Positions 1 to 9,002 are shown, counted from the stretch's first letter. The stretch: DNA of 41,567 nucleotides from Candidatus Eiseniibacteriota bacterium (GCA_044229145.1 JBGATO010000007.1:1-41567), one strand, 5' to 3'. The notes: generated from the sequence alone by a model not told the origin. Numbers and translations are program-made.

Positions 1-96
1 CCTGCACGGCGGCGTGCCGCCGGAGTGCCTCCCGGTTCCTCCCCGCTCGCCCCGCGCGGAGAATCGCCCCAAGACCCTATTGAGAAAGGTGTCGCC

Positions 97-1593
97 ATGA
101 AGACACGAATCCGGATGCTCGTGATCGCCAGCATCGTGGGAGCGCTCGCTGCGAGCGGCCTTGCGCATGCCGAAACGCCCCCCGCCTACGTCGCCCAGTG
201 GGGAACCACGGGCTCGGGCAACGGCCAGTTTTCCGCTCCGCAGGGCATCGCGCTGGACGCGGCGGGCAATGTCTACGTCGCCGACTGGGGGAACGGGCGC
301 GTGCAGAAGTTCGACAAGAATGGCGTCTTCCTTCTGCAGTTCGGCGGCGGAGCGCTGCTGTCGCCGGTGGGCGTCGCGGTCGACCCCTCAGGCAACGTCT
401 TCGTGCTCGAGTACTGGGGGCACCGCGTGTCGAAATACACGAGCGGCGGCACGTTCCTCAGCACCTTCGGCTCCTTCGGGAGCGGCAACGGCCAGTTCAT
501 CCAGCCGCGCGCGATCTGCACCGACAGCGCCGGCAATGTGTACGTCTGCGACGGGGACTGGCAGACCGTGCAGAAGTTCACCGGGGCCGGGGCGTTCGTC
601 GCGCGGTTCGGTGTCCCGGGCTCGTCCGGCAGCGGCAATGGTCAGTTCAGCACTCCGTGGGGCGTGTGCGCGGACAACGCGGGACACCTCTACGTCGGCG
701 ACACCGGCAACAACCGCGTGCAGGAGATCAACAGCAGTACCGGTGCCTACGTCACGAAGTGGGGCAGCCTGGGAAGCGGCAACGGATCGTTCAGTTCGCC
801 GGCCAACACGTTCTTCGGGCTCGGCAACGAGGTGTTCGTCGCAGACCAGGGCAACAACCGGATCCAGAAATTCTCCAGTAGTGGTGCGTACATCCTGCAA
901 TGGGGCGCGCTGGGCAGTGGCAATGGGCAGTTCAGCTCGCCGAAGGGTGTCGTGGAGGCCAGCGACGGCACCGTGTACGTCTCCGACACCGGCAACAACC
1001 GCATTCAGAAATTCCAGCGCGTCCAAGTGCCGGACCCGGCGCACTGCACGGTGGCATGGGGCAGCGGCACGTCGTACGGATGCGGCGTCCGGGTGCTGTG
1101 CCCGAAGGGCGATTCGCCGGCGACCATCAATGTCACGGTGCGCGACGCCGACGGCATCCCGATCGCCGGGATCGCGGGATCGTCGGTGTGTCTCGGGGGC
1201 AGCTGCCCACTCTTCACCGGCGGCGTCCCGTGTGTTCCGGCGAGCGCGCTGTGCGCCAGCAGCGCGACCGACGTCAGCGGGGCCACGTCGATCACGCTGA
1301 CGCAGGCCGGTGGGTGCTGCTCCGATCTCCGCGTGATCGTCCAGGGCATCGACATCACGACGTCCTCGCTCACGTACATCTCGAGCGACGCCAACGGTGA
1401 CGGCAACGTCAACCTCACCGACATGCAGGCACTGGCCCTGGCGTGGAACAGTCACACCGGCGACACCAATTACACGTCGTGTCTCGACTTCGAATGCGAC
1501 GGCACCATCGGGCTCAATGACCTCGCGATCTTCGGGATCCACTACGGTCACTGCTGCGCCCAAGGGACGTCGTGCACCGCGTGCACGCCATGA
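97..1593 (+). CDS. Secreted NHL-repeat beta-propeller protein with Cys-rich Ig-like and dockerin/EF-hand-like C-terminus
   Basis: ATG at 97 after GAAAGG. Signal peptide (MKTRIRMLVI...AHA). About six repeats of G-SGNGQF-x-P-xG...D..GN.YV.D..N.R.QKF. C-terminal Ca-loop-like DANGDGNVNLTD and DFECDGTIGLND. Confidence 0.85.
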   Translation: MKTRIRMLVIASIVGALAASGLAHAETPPAYVAQWGTTGSGNGQFSAPQGIALDAAGNVYVADWGNGRVQKFDKNGVFLLQFGGGALLSPVGVAVDPSGNVFVLEYWGHRVSKYTSGGTFLSTFGSFGSGNGQFIQPRAICTDSAGNVYVCDGDWQTVQKFTGAGAFVARFGVPGSSGSGNGQFSTPWGVCADNAGHLYVGDTGNNRVQEINSSTGAYVTKWGSLGSGNGSFSSPANTFFGLGNEVFVADQGNNRIQKFSSSGAYILQWGALGSGNGQFSSPKGVVEASDGTVYVSDTGNNRIQKFQRVQVPDPAHCTVAWGSGTSYGCGVRVLCPKGDSPATINVTVRDADGIPIAGIAGSSVCLGGSCPLFTGGVPCVPASALCASSATDVSGATSITLTQAGGCCSDLRVIVQGIDITTSSLTYISSDANGDGNVNLTDMQALALAWNSHTGDTNYTSCLDFECDGTIGLNDLAIFGIHYGHCCAQGTSCTACTP

Positions 1594-1697
1594 GGCCGCG
1601 CCGCGCGAGCATCGTGCCGCCAGACGCGTTCGACACGACACACGACTCCGCGGGAACGCCGCGCCCATCGCGCGCCCCGCGTACCACGGGAGGAATC

Positions 1698-3944
1698 ATG
1701 TACCGACTGAGGACTCTACTGGGACTCGCCGCCCTCGCCTGCCTTGGCTGGAGCTCCCACGCCGCCGCCGGGAGCAACGCGGGCGCCACCGCATCGCTCA
1801 GCTGGTCGCCGACCAGCACGGTGACCAACACACCGAGCGCGCCCATCAACAAACTCTACATCCGCGTCGCGTCGGCGAGCGGGGTACTGCACTTCAGCGG
1901 TGCCGAGGTCGACATCAGTTGGACGCCGCCAGGAGACGGCGGCGGCTGCTTCGACTTGCTGGCGATGAACATCCGCACGTCGTTGGGGGCGGACTGCACC
2001 TATCTCAATCGCGGTCTCGCGGCGCCGGTGACCGGCCCGTCGGACGCCGGGCACCTGCACTACTCGTGGGCGAATAGCATCGGGAACGAAGCCTGTGCGA
2101 ACGGCGCCATCCTCGAGCTGCTGTTCGAGACCGACGCCTGTTCGACGTCGCCGCAGGGCACCTTCACGCTCAACAGCGTGGCGCTGCTCGGCGTCGACGG
2201 GCAGCAGGACTGCGCGCTGACGCTGACCTCGAACAAGGCGTACGTCAACGGCTGCACACCGCCGCCGAAGAACATGGTGGCGTGGTGGATGCTCGACGAA
2301 GGCAGCGGAACGTTGGTGCGCGACATGGTGGGCGGCAACGATCTCACCACGACGGGCACCACGAGCTGGAACATCGGCACCTACGTGGGCAACTCGATGC
2401 ACGTGTCCTCCGGCTACGCCTCGCGCACCACGCAGGCGGCGGGTGGCTTCCTCGATCTCGGCACCGGGGACTTCAGCATCGACGCGTGGGTGCGCGGCAC
2501 CGGCAGCGCGAGCGGCACGCGCACCATCTTCGACAAGCGGCAGTTCTCGCCCGACACCCGCGGCGTGTCCCTCTACTTGTCGAATGGCCGGCTCGGCGTG
2601 CAACTGGCGGACGGTCTCTTCACCAATTGGAACGCGTCGACCACGGTCCCGTTCGATGGCGCGTGGCACCACGTGGCCGCGACGGTGAAGCGTGCGAGCA
2701 ACGGCGGCACGCTCTACGTGGACGGCGCGGTCGTGCTCACCTTCAGCCCGACGACGCGGCCCGGAAGCCTGACCAACACCGGCGCGATCCGTCTCGGCCA
2801 GGCGTCGAACGGCAGTTCGTCGGCCTTGAACGCCGACATCGACGAGGTGGAAGTGTTCAAGCGCGCGTTGAGCGCGTCCGAGATCGACGCGCTGTACCGC
2901 GCCGGCAGCTCCGGCAAGTGCAAGGACGTCGCCTCGCTGCCGTCGAACGTGTCGATCTGCTCGAACAGGCAAACGGTGAAGACGAACCTCACCATCTGCA
3001 ACTACGGCGGCGTGCCGGCGACGTACTCGTGGTCGATGGCGGGTCTGCCCTCGGGCACCGGCTGCACGGTGGCGGGTCCCACGGTGTTCTCGCCGGCCTC
3101 CGGTGTCACCGGACTGCTCGCGGCAGGGCAGTGCGTGAACATCCCGATCGTCATCACCCGGCCGGCCGGACTCACCGGCTCGTCGACCGCGTGCTACCAG
3201 GCGGTGGTGACCAACCTCACCACGCAGTACGTCACCACGGCGAGCGGGTCGATGAAGAACATCAGCGGCATCTTCTGCTGGTGGCTGGCGTCCGGCGATG
3301 TTCTGCCGGTGACGCTCACCGGCCCGAGCGTGGCCCACTTCATGGTGCAGAACTCGGGTGGGGTGCCGTCGACCGTGAACTACCGTCTCTCGACCCGCCG
3401 CTGCGACGGCGACCCGAGCCCGACGGCGTTCTCGATCAATGGTCTGCCCGCGGGTGATTCCCTGAGCGGCTCCGTCCTCGTGCCGGCGAACGATTCGGTC
3501 GACATCGCCGTGCCGGTGACGATGCCGGTGTACGACGCGTTCGGCATGAGCAACCTGGTGCTGAGCGCCGACACGGACGACGACGGTCAGATGGAAGACG
3601 TGGCGACGGCGCTGTGCCAGGCCTTCACCGCGCTGCCCACGGGTGTGGGCGAACCGTCGAGCCCTGACGCGGTGGTGTCGTTGAGTGTCGGTCCGACGCC
3701 GTTCGTCTCGCGGACCGGCCTGCGCTTCTCGCTCGGTGCCCCGCAGCACGTGCAGGCTGACGTGCTCGACGCCAACGGTCGCCTGGTGCGCTCGCTGCAG
3801 AACGGCCTGATGTCCGCCGGACCGCACGAGATCGGCTGGGATGGCCGCGACGAGCACGGCGGACGGGCGGCGGCAGGCGTGTACTACCTGCGCTTGCAAG
3901 ATGCGCTGCGTCTGCGGACGGTGAAGGTGATCCGCCTCCGGTAG
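1698..3944 (+). CDS. Secreted LamG-like jellyroll protein with C-terminal FlgD-Ig-like domain
   Basis: GGAGGA RBS then ATG at 1698. Signal peptide. LamG motifs (DFSIDAWV, DGAWHHVAAT, TLYVDG, IDEVEVFKRALS..EI). Tail: PTPF...G.LVR.L..G...AG.H...WDGRD..G...AAGVYYLRL. Confidence 0.85.
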   Translation: MYRLRTLLGLAALACLGWSSHAAAGSNAGATASLSWSPTSTVTNTPSAPINKLYIRVASASGVLHFSGAEVDISWTPPGDGGGCFDLLAMNIRTSLGADCTYLNRGLAAPVTGPSDAGHLHYSWANSIGNEACANGAILELLFETDACSTSPQGTFTLNSVALLGVDGQQDCALTLTSNKAYVNGCTPPPKNMVAWWMLDEGSGTLVRDMVGGNDLTTTGTTSWNIGTYVGNSMHVSSGYASRTTQAAGGFLDLGTGDFSIDAWVRGTGSASGTRTIFDKRQFSPDTRGVSLYLSNGRLGVQLADGLFTNWNASTTVPFDGAWHHVAATVKRASNGGTLYVDGAVVLTFSPTTRPGSLTNTGAIRLGQASNGSSSALNADIDEVEVFKRALSASEIDALYRAGSSGKCKDVASLPSNVSICSNRQTVKTNLTICNYGGVPATYSWSMAGLPSGTGCTVAGPTVFSPASGVTGLLAAGQCVNIPIVITRPAGLTGSSTACYQAVVTNLTTQYVTTASGSMKNISGIFCWWLASGDVLPVTLTGPSVAHFMVQNSGGVPSTVNYRLSTRRCDGDPSPTAFSINGLPAGDSLSGSVLVPANDSVDIAVPVTMPVYDAFGMSNLVLSADTDDDGQMEDVATALCQAFTALPTGVGEPSSPDAVVSLSVGPTPFVSRTGLRFSLGAPQHVQADVLDANGRLVRSLQNGLMSAGPHEIGWDGRDEHGGRAAAGVYYLRLQDALRLRTVKVIRLR

Positions 3945-3974
3945 GCGGCGTACACACCAACCGCGATCGTCACG

Positions 3975-4016
3975 CGGAGGGCGGGGGCCTGTGGCCTCCG
4001 CCCTTCGTCGTCTTTC
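3975..4016 (+). terminator. Putative intrinsic terminator
   Basis: Hairpin GGAGGGCGGGGGCC-TGT-GGCCTCCGCCCTTC followed by a weak T-rich tail, just after the stop at 3944, between convergent genes. Confidence 0.55.
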
Positions 4017-4065
4017 CCAGGAAGCTGCGTTGGTGAACGCCGCGCATCCCGCGCGCGGCCTGCCG

Positions 4066-5322
4066 CTAGCGCCGCGAACCGCCGAGGGCCGCGACATCGA
4101 CCCGGGCACCGCGCCGCGCAAACGCCGCCTCGATGGCCGCCGCGTGACCGCCACCGGTGATCGTGCGGTCGGCGCGGACGAGCGCCTCGGCGTACCGTGC
4201 GGCAAGCGGCGCTTCGTCGCTGGTGCGCGCCAAGTCCTCCCAGGCGCGCAGGGCCACGCGCTCGGTGACACCGGGGCCGAGGATGCCGCGCAACTCCCAG
4301 AGCAGCCCGCCCCACACCTCCGTGCCCTCGCCGAACGCGCTGGCAAGCCCGGGGCGCAGGTCGTCGAACTTGCGCACCGTGCGCAGATCCCAGTGTCGGA
4401 AGACGGGGCCTGCCGGACTGGCGACACGATCGTACGGCACCGCCGGTTCGCTGCCGAAATGCGGCGCGCCCTCGAAGCTGCACGTGAGATAGGTCGCGAG
4501 GCCACTCAACAACGCGTGCCGCTCGATGCCGGCGGTGTCGACGCGTGAACTGGGCGGAATGTGCGAGATGACGCGGCAGACGTACAACGCGTACTCGCGG
4601 CGCAGCAAGCTGGAGTCCGCCGCCACCTGCGGGCTGAGCGCCGCGCGCCACGAGGCGAAGTCGAAGCGGCTCCGCGCCAGGCGGTCGTGCCGCGGATCGA
4701 ATCCAGCGTCTTGCAGCGCCAGGTCGAAGGGTGCGAGCGCCGGCCACACGCCGCTGGGCGCCACCGGCGACGACGTGCGCGCTGTCGCGGGTGAGGCGCT
4801 CGCGAGCCGCGACGCCGTGGATCCCGGCGTCCGCGGCGGCGTCAGCGCCCCGAGCGCACCGCGCGCCGTGTCGCTCGAATCCACCCGCACGCCGAGCGCC
4901 GCCAACCGCCGTTCCAACTGCGCGGTCTCGCGGCGATACCCAGCCACTTCCTCGCGCGCCTGCTGGACCGCCGGCACGACGTCGCGCGCCGCCACCACAC
5001 TCGCGTCCCGCAGCGACATCGAGGTGCGCAATCCCATCAGCCCGAGCGCGATCGACCCGACGACCAGCGGCACGCCGGCAACGCCGAGGGCCCACTTGCC
5101 CCACGTCGCCACCCGAGAGGCCACGCGGTCCGCAGTCTCGAGTTCGAGGTAGCGCTGGTCGCGGTAGCGGTCGCGCAGCACTGCGTCGACTTCGTGACGA
5201 ATGGCCAGGCGGAGCCGCTCGGTGAGCGGCCCGAGGTCGCGGTCACACGGGGCGCCGCACTCGACGCAGAACTTCTGCCCGTGGAACAGCGGCGTCTGGC
5301 ACAGCGGACACGACTCGGCCAC
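4066..5322 (-). CDS. Zinc-ribbon membrane protein with coiled coil and degenerate M4/M36 peptidase-like C-terminal domain
   Basis: N-terminal CPLC...FCVECG; one TM helix (WALGVAGVPLVVGSIALGLMGL); coiled-coil segment; C-terminal ALLSGLATY and EVWGGLLWELR motifs. Confidence 0.6.
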   Translation of the reverse strand: MAESCPLCQTPLFHGQKFCVECGAPCDRDLGPLTERLRLAIRHEVDAVLRDRYRDQRYLELETADRVASRVATWGKWALGVAGVPLVVGSIALGLMGLRTSMSLRDASVVAARDVVPAVQQAREEVAGYRRETAQLERRLAALGVRVDSSDTARGALGALTPPRTPGSTASRLASASPATARTSSPVAPSGVWPALAPFDLALQDAGFDPRHDRLARSRFDFASWRAALSPQVAADSSLLRREYALYVCRVISHIPPSSRVDTAGIERHALLSGLATYLTCSFEGAPHFGSEPAVPYDRVASPAGPVFRHWDLRTVRKFDDLRPGLASAFGEGTEVWGGLLWELRGILGPGVTERVALRAWEDLARTSDEAPLAARYAEALVRADRTITGGGHAAAIEAAFARRGARVDVAALGGSRR

Positions 5323-5386
5323 GCGGGATCATCTCCGGGACATCAACGAACACACACCGTTAAGCCTACCGCAGCGCAGGCGGCGC

Positions 5387-5980
5387 TCACAATGCCGGCG
5401 GTGCGCTCTCGTCACCCGCCACTTCGGCCAGCGGCGGTACCGGGCGGTTGCCCTTGAAACTCACGATGCGGAAGCCGGGGTCGAGCGCCACCACGGCGTT
5501 GTCGGGCACGTCGCGGTGGATCACCGCGTTCGCCCCGATCTTCACGTTGTGCCCCACCGTCACCTTCCCGAACACGCGGGCGCCCGGGGCGATGTAGACG
5601 TCGTCACCGAAGGTCGGCGTCCCGACGTTCATGCCTCGCCCCGAGATCCCCAGCGTGACGTCGTGGGACAGACTGAGGTTCGCCCCAGCCCGCACGTCCG
5701 GGGACAGGATGATGCCGCCGAAATGCCCGATGTAGAGGCCCGGACCGATCCGTACCGAGCGTGGGATGTCGATCCCCCAGGTGGTGCGGATGTGATGCGA
5801 GAGCAGCAAGTACAGGGGTCCGAAGAACATCTCGACGGCGCGCGGCTGGCGGGCCAGCCATTGTCCGAACCGCAACACGATCACGGCCTGCACGCCGGGG
5901 GCGCGCAAGCACACCAGCCACCGCTTCCAGGCGGGACCGGAGAGGAGATCGTAGGTACGGCGGATGTCGGCACGCAGCAT
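5387..5980 (-). CDS. Serine acetyltransferase-like hexapeptide-repeat O-acetyltransferase (CysE/WcaB-like)
   Basis: GIDIP..VRIGPGLYIGHFGGI, HDVTLG, PTFGDDVYIAPGA, IGANAV left-handed beta-helix. At 197 aa it is short for CysE. Confidence 0.8.
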   Translation of the reverse strand: MLRADIRRTYDLLSGPAWKRWLVCLRAPGVQAVIVLRFGQWLARQPRAVEMFFGPLYLLLSHHIRTTWGIDIPRSVRIGPGLYIGHFGGIILSPDVRAGANLSLSHDVTLGISGRGMNVGTPTFGDDVYIAPGARVFGKVTVGHNVKIGANAVIHRDVPDNAVVALDPGFRIVSFKGNRPVPPLAEVAGDESAPPAL

Positions 5981-6004
5981 GGACCGAAGCGTTCTCCGGG
6001 GCGA

Positions 6005-6523
6005 TTACGCCGGGGCGGAGCCGTTCCCGTTGGTGGCGGGACCGCCACTACCCCGCGCGTTGGTCTTCCGCAGCTCGCGGAAGAACTCGCGCATCATCTC
6101 CGCCACATCATCGGCCAGATGGCCGCCGTCCACCAGCACGTGGTGGATGCCCGCGGCGGTCTCCGGCAGGTGGAGCAACGACCCGCAGGCGCCGCTGCGC
6201 GGCTCGCGGGCGCCGAACACGATGCGGTCCACCCGCGCCAAGATGGCGGCATAGGCACACATCGCGCAGGGCTCCAGCGTCACGTAGAGGGTGCAGCCGT
6301 CCAACCGCCATGATTCCAACGTGTTGGCCGCAGCCCCGATAGCCAGGACCTCCGCGTGCGCGGTGGGGTCGCCGAGCGTTTCGACCTGATTGTGGCCGCG
6401 CCCGACCACCACGCCCTCCCGGACGACGATGGCCCCGACCGGCGTCTCGTGCTGATCGCGGGCGCGTTCGGCAAGCGCCAGGGCCTGGCGCATCCAGTGT
6501 TCGTCGGTGGTCAGAGGCAACAT
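6005..6523 (-). CDS. tadA: tRNA adenosine(34) deaminase
   Basis: DEHWMRQAL, ETPVGA, DPTAHAEV, LYVTLEPCAMC zinc-deaminase motifs. Start moved to ATG at 6523 because the longer ORF runs through the tRNA. Confidence 0.93.
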   Translation of the reverse strand: MLPLTTDEHWMRQALALAERARDQHETPVGAIVVREGVVVGRGHNQVETLGDPTAHAEVLAIGAAANTLESWRLDGCTLYVTLEPCAMCAYAAILARVDRIVFGAREPRSGACGSLLHLPETAAGIHHVLVDGGHLADDVAEMMREFFRELRKTNARGSGGPATNGNGSAPA

Positions 6524-6547
6524 GGGGGCTCCGGCACGCTCGGGGCA

Positions 6548-6589
6548 AAGACAATCGCCCCGCACCGCAGGCGGGTGCAGGGCGATGTC
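6548..6589 (-). terminator. Hairpin / weak terminator between tRNA-Arg and tadA
   Basis: Minus strand ATCGCCCTGCACC-loop-GGTGCGGGGCGAT followed by TGTCTTT. Confidence 0.5.
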
Positions 6590-6599
6590 AGGTGAATAC

Positions 6600-6676
<77 letters not shown>

Positions 6677-6745
6677 TACCGTACTGCTGTCCGCGCCGGG
6701 CGCGGGTCGCGGCATCCGCGCGGTCCGCCGGTCGTGCGCGAAGGC

Positions 6746-6839
6746 TGGCGGAGAGGGCGGGATTCGAACCCGCGATAGAGTTTTTAGCCCTATACCCGCT
6801 TAGCAGGCGGGTGCCTTCAGCCGACTCGGCCACCTCTCC
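6746..6839 (-). tRNA. tRNA-Ser(GCT)
   Basis: GGAGAGGTGGCCGAGTCGGCTGAAGGCACCCGCCT-GCT-AAGCGGG, long variable arm, GGTTCGAATCC, CCA end. Confidence 0.97.
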
Positions 6840-6903
6840 AGACTCATCCGCCACCCCTCACGTACGGTCGCGAGCGGCGTTACGTCAGCCGGCTCAGCGC
6901 GGG

Positions 6904-6989
6904 TGGCGGAGGGAGTAGGATTCGAACCCACGGACCTTTCGGTCAACGGTTTTCAAGACCGCCGCCTTCAACCACTCGGCCATCCCTCC
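6904..6989 (-). tRNA. tRNA-Ser(TGA)
   Basis: GGAGGGATGGCCGAGTGGTTGAAGGCGGCGGTCT-TGA-AAACCGT, variable arm GACCGAAAGGTC, GGTTCGAATCC, CCA end. Confidence 0.97.
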
Positions 6990-7012
6990 GCGGGCACGAC
7001 AGCGAGTGGCGG

Positions 7013-7041
7013 ACCTTACGAGATCAGGGGACACGTGTCAA
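7013..7041 (-). promoter_or_regulatory. Sigma70-type promoter of tRNA operon
   Basis: TTGACA (7041-7036) - 17 nt - TAAGGT (7018-7013), followed by a GC-rich discriminator, about 23 nt upstream of tRNA-Ser(TGA). Confidence 0.75.
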
Positions 7042-7226
7042 GGCGAGAACGCACCCCGCCACCGGCGCCGCGCCGCGTCTCCGCCTGAAGTCGACATCGG
7101 CCGCGCGGAGGGATTTTACGCGGGCACCGCGGCAGGATTCCGCTACGCTCGACAGGCAATTCTCCATCCGCACCGCACCGAGAACGGCCGTGTCACACTC
7201 GTTTCCCCACTGCAGGAGGAGAAGCC

Positions 7227-7979
7227 ATGCAACGTCTTGCTTCCGCTTGGAAGGCCCTGCCCGTCGTGCTCGCGCTCGTCGCGCTGCCGGGACTCGCCGC
7301 GGCGCAGTTCGCGCCCGAGGCCGACCTCACCTTCGCCGGCAAGATCAACGTCGACATCTACGCCGAAGGCAACGGCTACACCAACTACGGCATCCACACG
7401 CTGACGCCCACCGTCGTGTACGACAACACGGGTTCGTCGGCGCTGTTCGGATTCAGCTCCACTGACCTCAACTCGATCATGGGCGACGAAGTCTTGACCA
7501 CCGGCACCGGCACGCTGTCGGAGGTTGCCTGGTCGGTGTTCAACTCGGGATCGAGCGCGGGCTCGCTTCTGACCGCCACCTACCTTCTCAGCTTCTACGA
7601 CGCGATCCTCGGGACGCCGTACGGCTCGTTCACGGTGAACGTGAACTTCGGCACCGGGCTCGCGAAGGGCTACTACACGATCGTCGACGTGCCGAACCTC
7701 GACGCGCTCGGCATCAACATCACCGGGACCGACGTGCTGGTGACGCAGAAGCGCACCGCGCACACCGGGACCGCCAGCCGCCTCGGCATCGTGTCGCTCG
7801 ACCCGCCGTCGGTGGGCAGCAGCCCGGCGTACTTCTTCCTGTCGAACACGACCAGCGCCGCGGGCTACTACACGATCGCCTCCGGTAACGCGAACCCGGG
7901 CTTCCTGGTATCGCTCGCGCAGTCGGTGACGCCGGCCAAGCCGACGACGTGGGGGCACGTGAAGTCGCTGTTCCGCTAA
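7227..7979 (+). CDS. Secreted protein with C-terminal TWGxVKxLFR motif
   Basis: AGGAGG RBS; signal peptide ending AAAQ; beta-rich, Thr/Ser/Gly-rich body; ends VTPAKPTTWGHVKSLFR. Confidence 0.85.
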   Translation: MQRLASAWKALPVVLALVALPGLAAAQFAPEADLTFAGKINVDIYAEGNGYTNYGIHTLTPTVVYDNTGSSALFGFSSTDLNSIMGDEVLTTGTGTLSEVAWSVFNSGSSAGSLLTATYLLSFYDAILGTPYGSFTVNVNFGTGLAKGYYTIVDVPNLDALGINITGTDVLVTQKRTAHTGTASRLGIVSLDPPSVGSSPAYFFLSNTTSAAGYYTIASGNANPGFLVSLAQSVTPAKPTTWGHVKSLFR

Positions 7980-7998
7980 TCCATCGCGCACCAGACGC

Positions 7999-8035
7999 GA
8001 AAGCCCGGCACGCGCCTCGCACGTGCCGGGCTTTC
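7999..8035. terminator. Bidirectional terminator-like hairpin
   Basis: GAAAGCCCGGCACG-N9-CGTGCCGGGCTTTC perfect inverted repeat between convergent genes. Confidence 0.75.
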
Positions 8036-8052
8036 CGCATGCAGGGCGCGCA

Positions 8053-8952
8053 TCAGCGTGCGATCGCGCGCAGGTCGAGCCGCCCTTCGTGCAGCGGCGG
8101 ACACCAGTAGTAGCCGCCGGTGAGCGGGCGCGAGAACGAGAACAACGCATCGACGACGCCATCGTCGGCGCCGGTCATGTGCACGAGGACGCGTTCGAAG
8201 CGATCGAGGTCGGCACCGTAGGCGATGAACTCGAGACCTTCGGCTGTGCCGGCCGACCACGGATGCGAACGTCGCACCATGAACGCCGGCGGATCGAAGT
8301 CCTCCTGTGCGGCGCGCTTGACGTGCGCGGAGTCGGGCGCGTCCGCGATCTCCTCGTTGTCGGCGAGGCGACGTCCGATCGTGCGATCGCGCCGCGTGGC
8401 GTCGAACGACGCGAAGCGCGCGAGGTCATGGAGCCAGCGTTGCACGGCGACGAAACTGCTCCCCGCGATGCCGTCACCGCCGCTCGCGCACGCGGCGCGG
8501 ACCGCGTCGTCGCCAGTGGGATTCTCAGTGCCGTCTTCGTAGCCGGTGAGGTCGCGTCCGCCGTCGTGCAAGAAGGTGTCGAGCGCGTCGTCGAGGATGC
8601 AGGTACCGTCGAGCGCCACCGTAAGCGCGTGGGTGCGATGCACGAGTGTCGAGCGGTCGTCGCCGCGCAGAAAGATCCACAGCGCCTGTTGCGTCGACGG
8701 CACTGCGAGAGCGGGCCCCGCGAGCGCCGGGAACGGGCGCAGCCCGGCGATCGTCGCGCCAAGCGCGGTGGCCAGAGGCATGCCCAGGCCGACGACGCCC
8801 CACGTGGCATCCCACGCTGCCGCGAGCGCGTGCGTCACGTCGCGCGGCGCCGCCCCGGGCACGAGTCGGAACGTGAGCGACCGGCCGAAGGCCGGCGGAT
8901 CGAGCAGGATGCCGGGCTGCACACGCCCGGCGAGATCGGTCGGAGTGGTCAT
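8053..8952 (-). CDS. Dye-decolorizing (DyP-type) peroxidase
   Basis: RDLTGYEDGTENP (GxxDG), SFVAVQRWLHD, SAHVKR (proximal His), MVRRSHPW, GGYYWCPP. Confidence 0.92.
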   Translation of the reverse strand: MTTPTDLAGRVQPGILLDPPAFGRSLTFRLVPGAAPRDVTHALAAAWDATWGVVGLGMPLATALGATIAGLRPFPALAGPALAVPSTQQALWIFLRGDDRSTLVHRTHALTVALDGTCILDDALDTFLHDGGRDLTGYEDGTENPTGDDAVRAACASGGDGIAGSSFVAVQRWLHDLARFASFDATRRDRTIGRRLADNEEIADAPDSAHVKRAAQEDFDPPAFMVRRSHPWSAGTAEGLEFIAYGADLDRFERVLVHMTGADDGVVDALFSFSRPLTGGYYWCPPLHEGRLDLRAIAR

Positions 8953-9002
8953 GCGCGAAATCCTAGATCACGCTGCCGCGCCGCGTACAGACCCGCAACA
9001 GG

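Noticed and set aside
190..1020. Repeated GGCAGCGGCAACGGCCAGTTC-like DNA units suggesting a repeat array
   Set aside because: They are degenerate in-frame NHL protein repeats, not CRISPR repeats; no cas genes.
1716..4505. Very long antisense or alternate-frame ORFs (e.g. 1716-4505 -, 21874-24597 +, 28189-30369 +, 32605-34731 +)
   Set aside because: Arg/Ala/Gly-rich shadows of real genes, expected at high GC; no motifs or RBS.
6904..6989. Possible selenocysteine or suppressor tRNA (anticodon TGA)
   Set aside because: Anticodon UGA reads the Ser codon UCA. tRNA-Sec would have anticodon UCA and a longer acceptor stem.
8053..8120. DyP as encapsulin cargo
   Set aside because: No C-terminal targeting extension and no encapsulin gene nearby.
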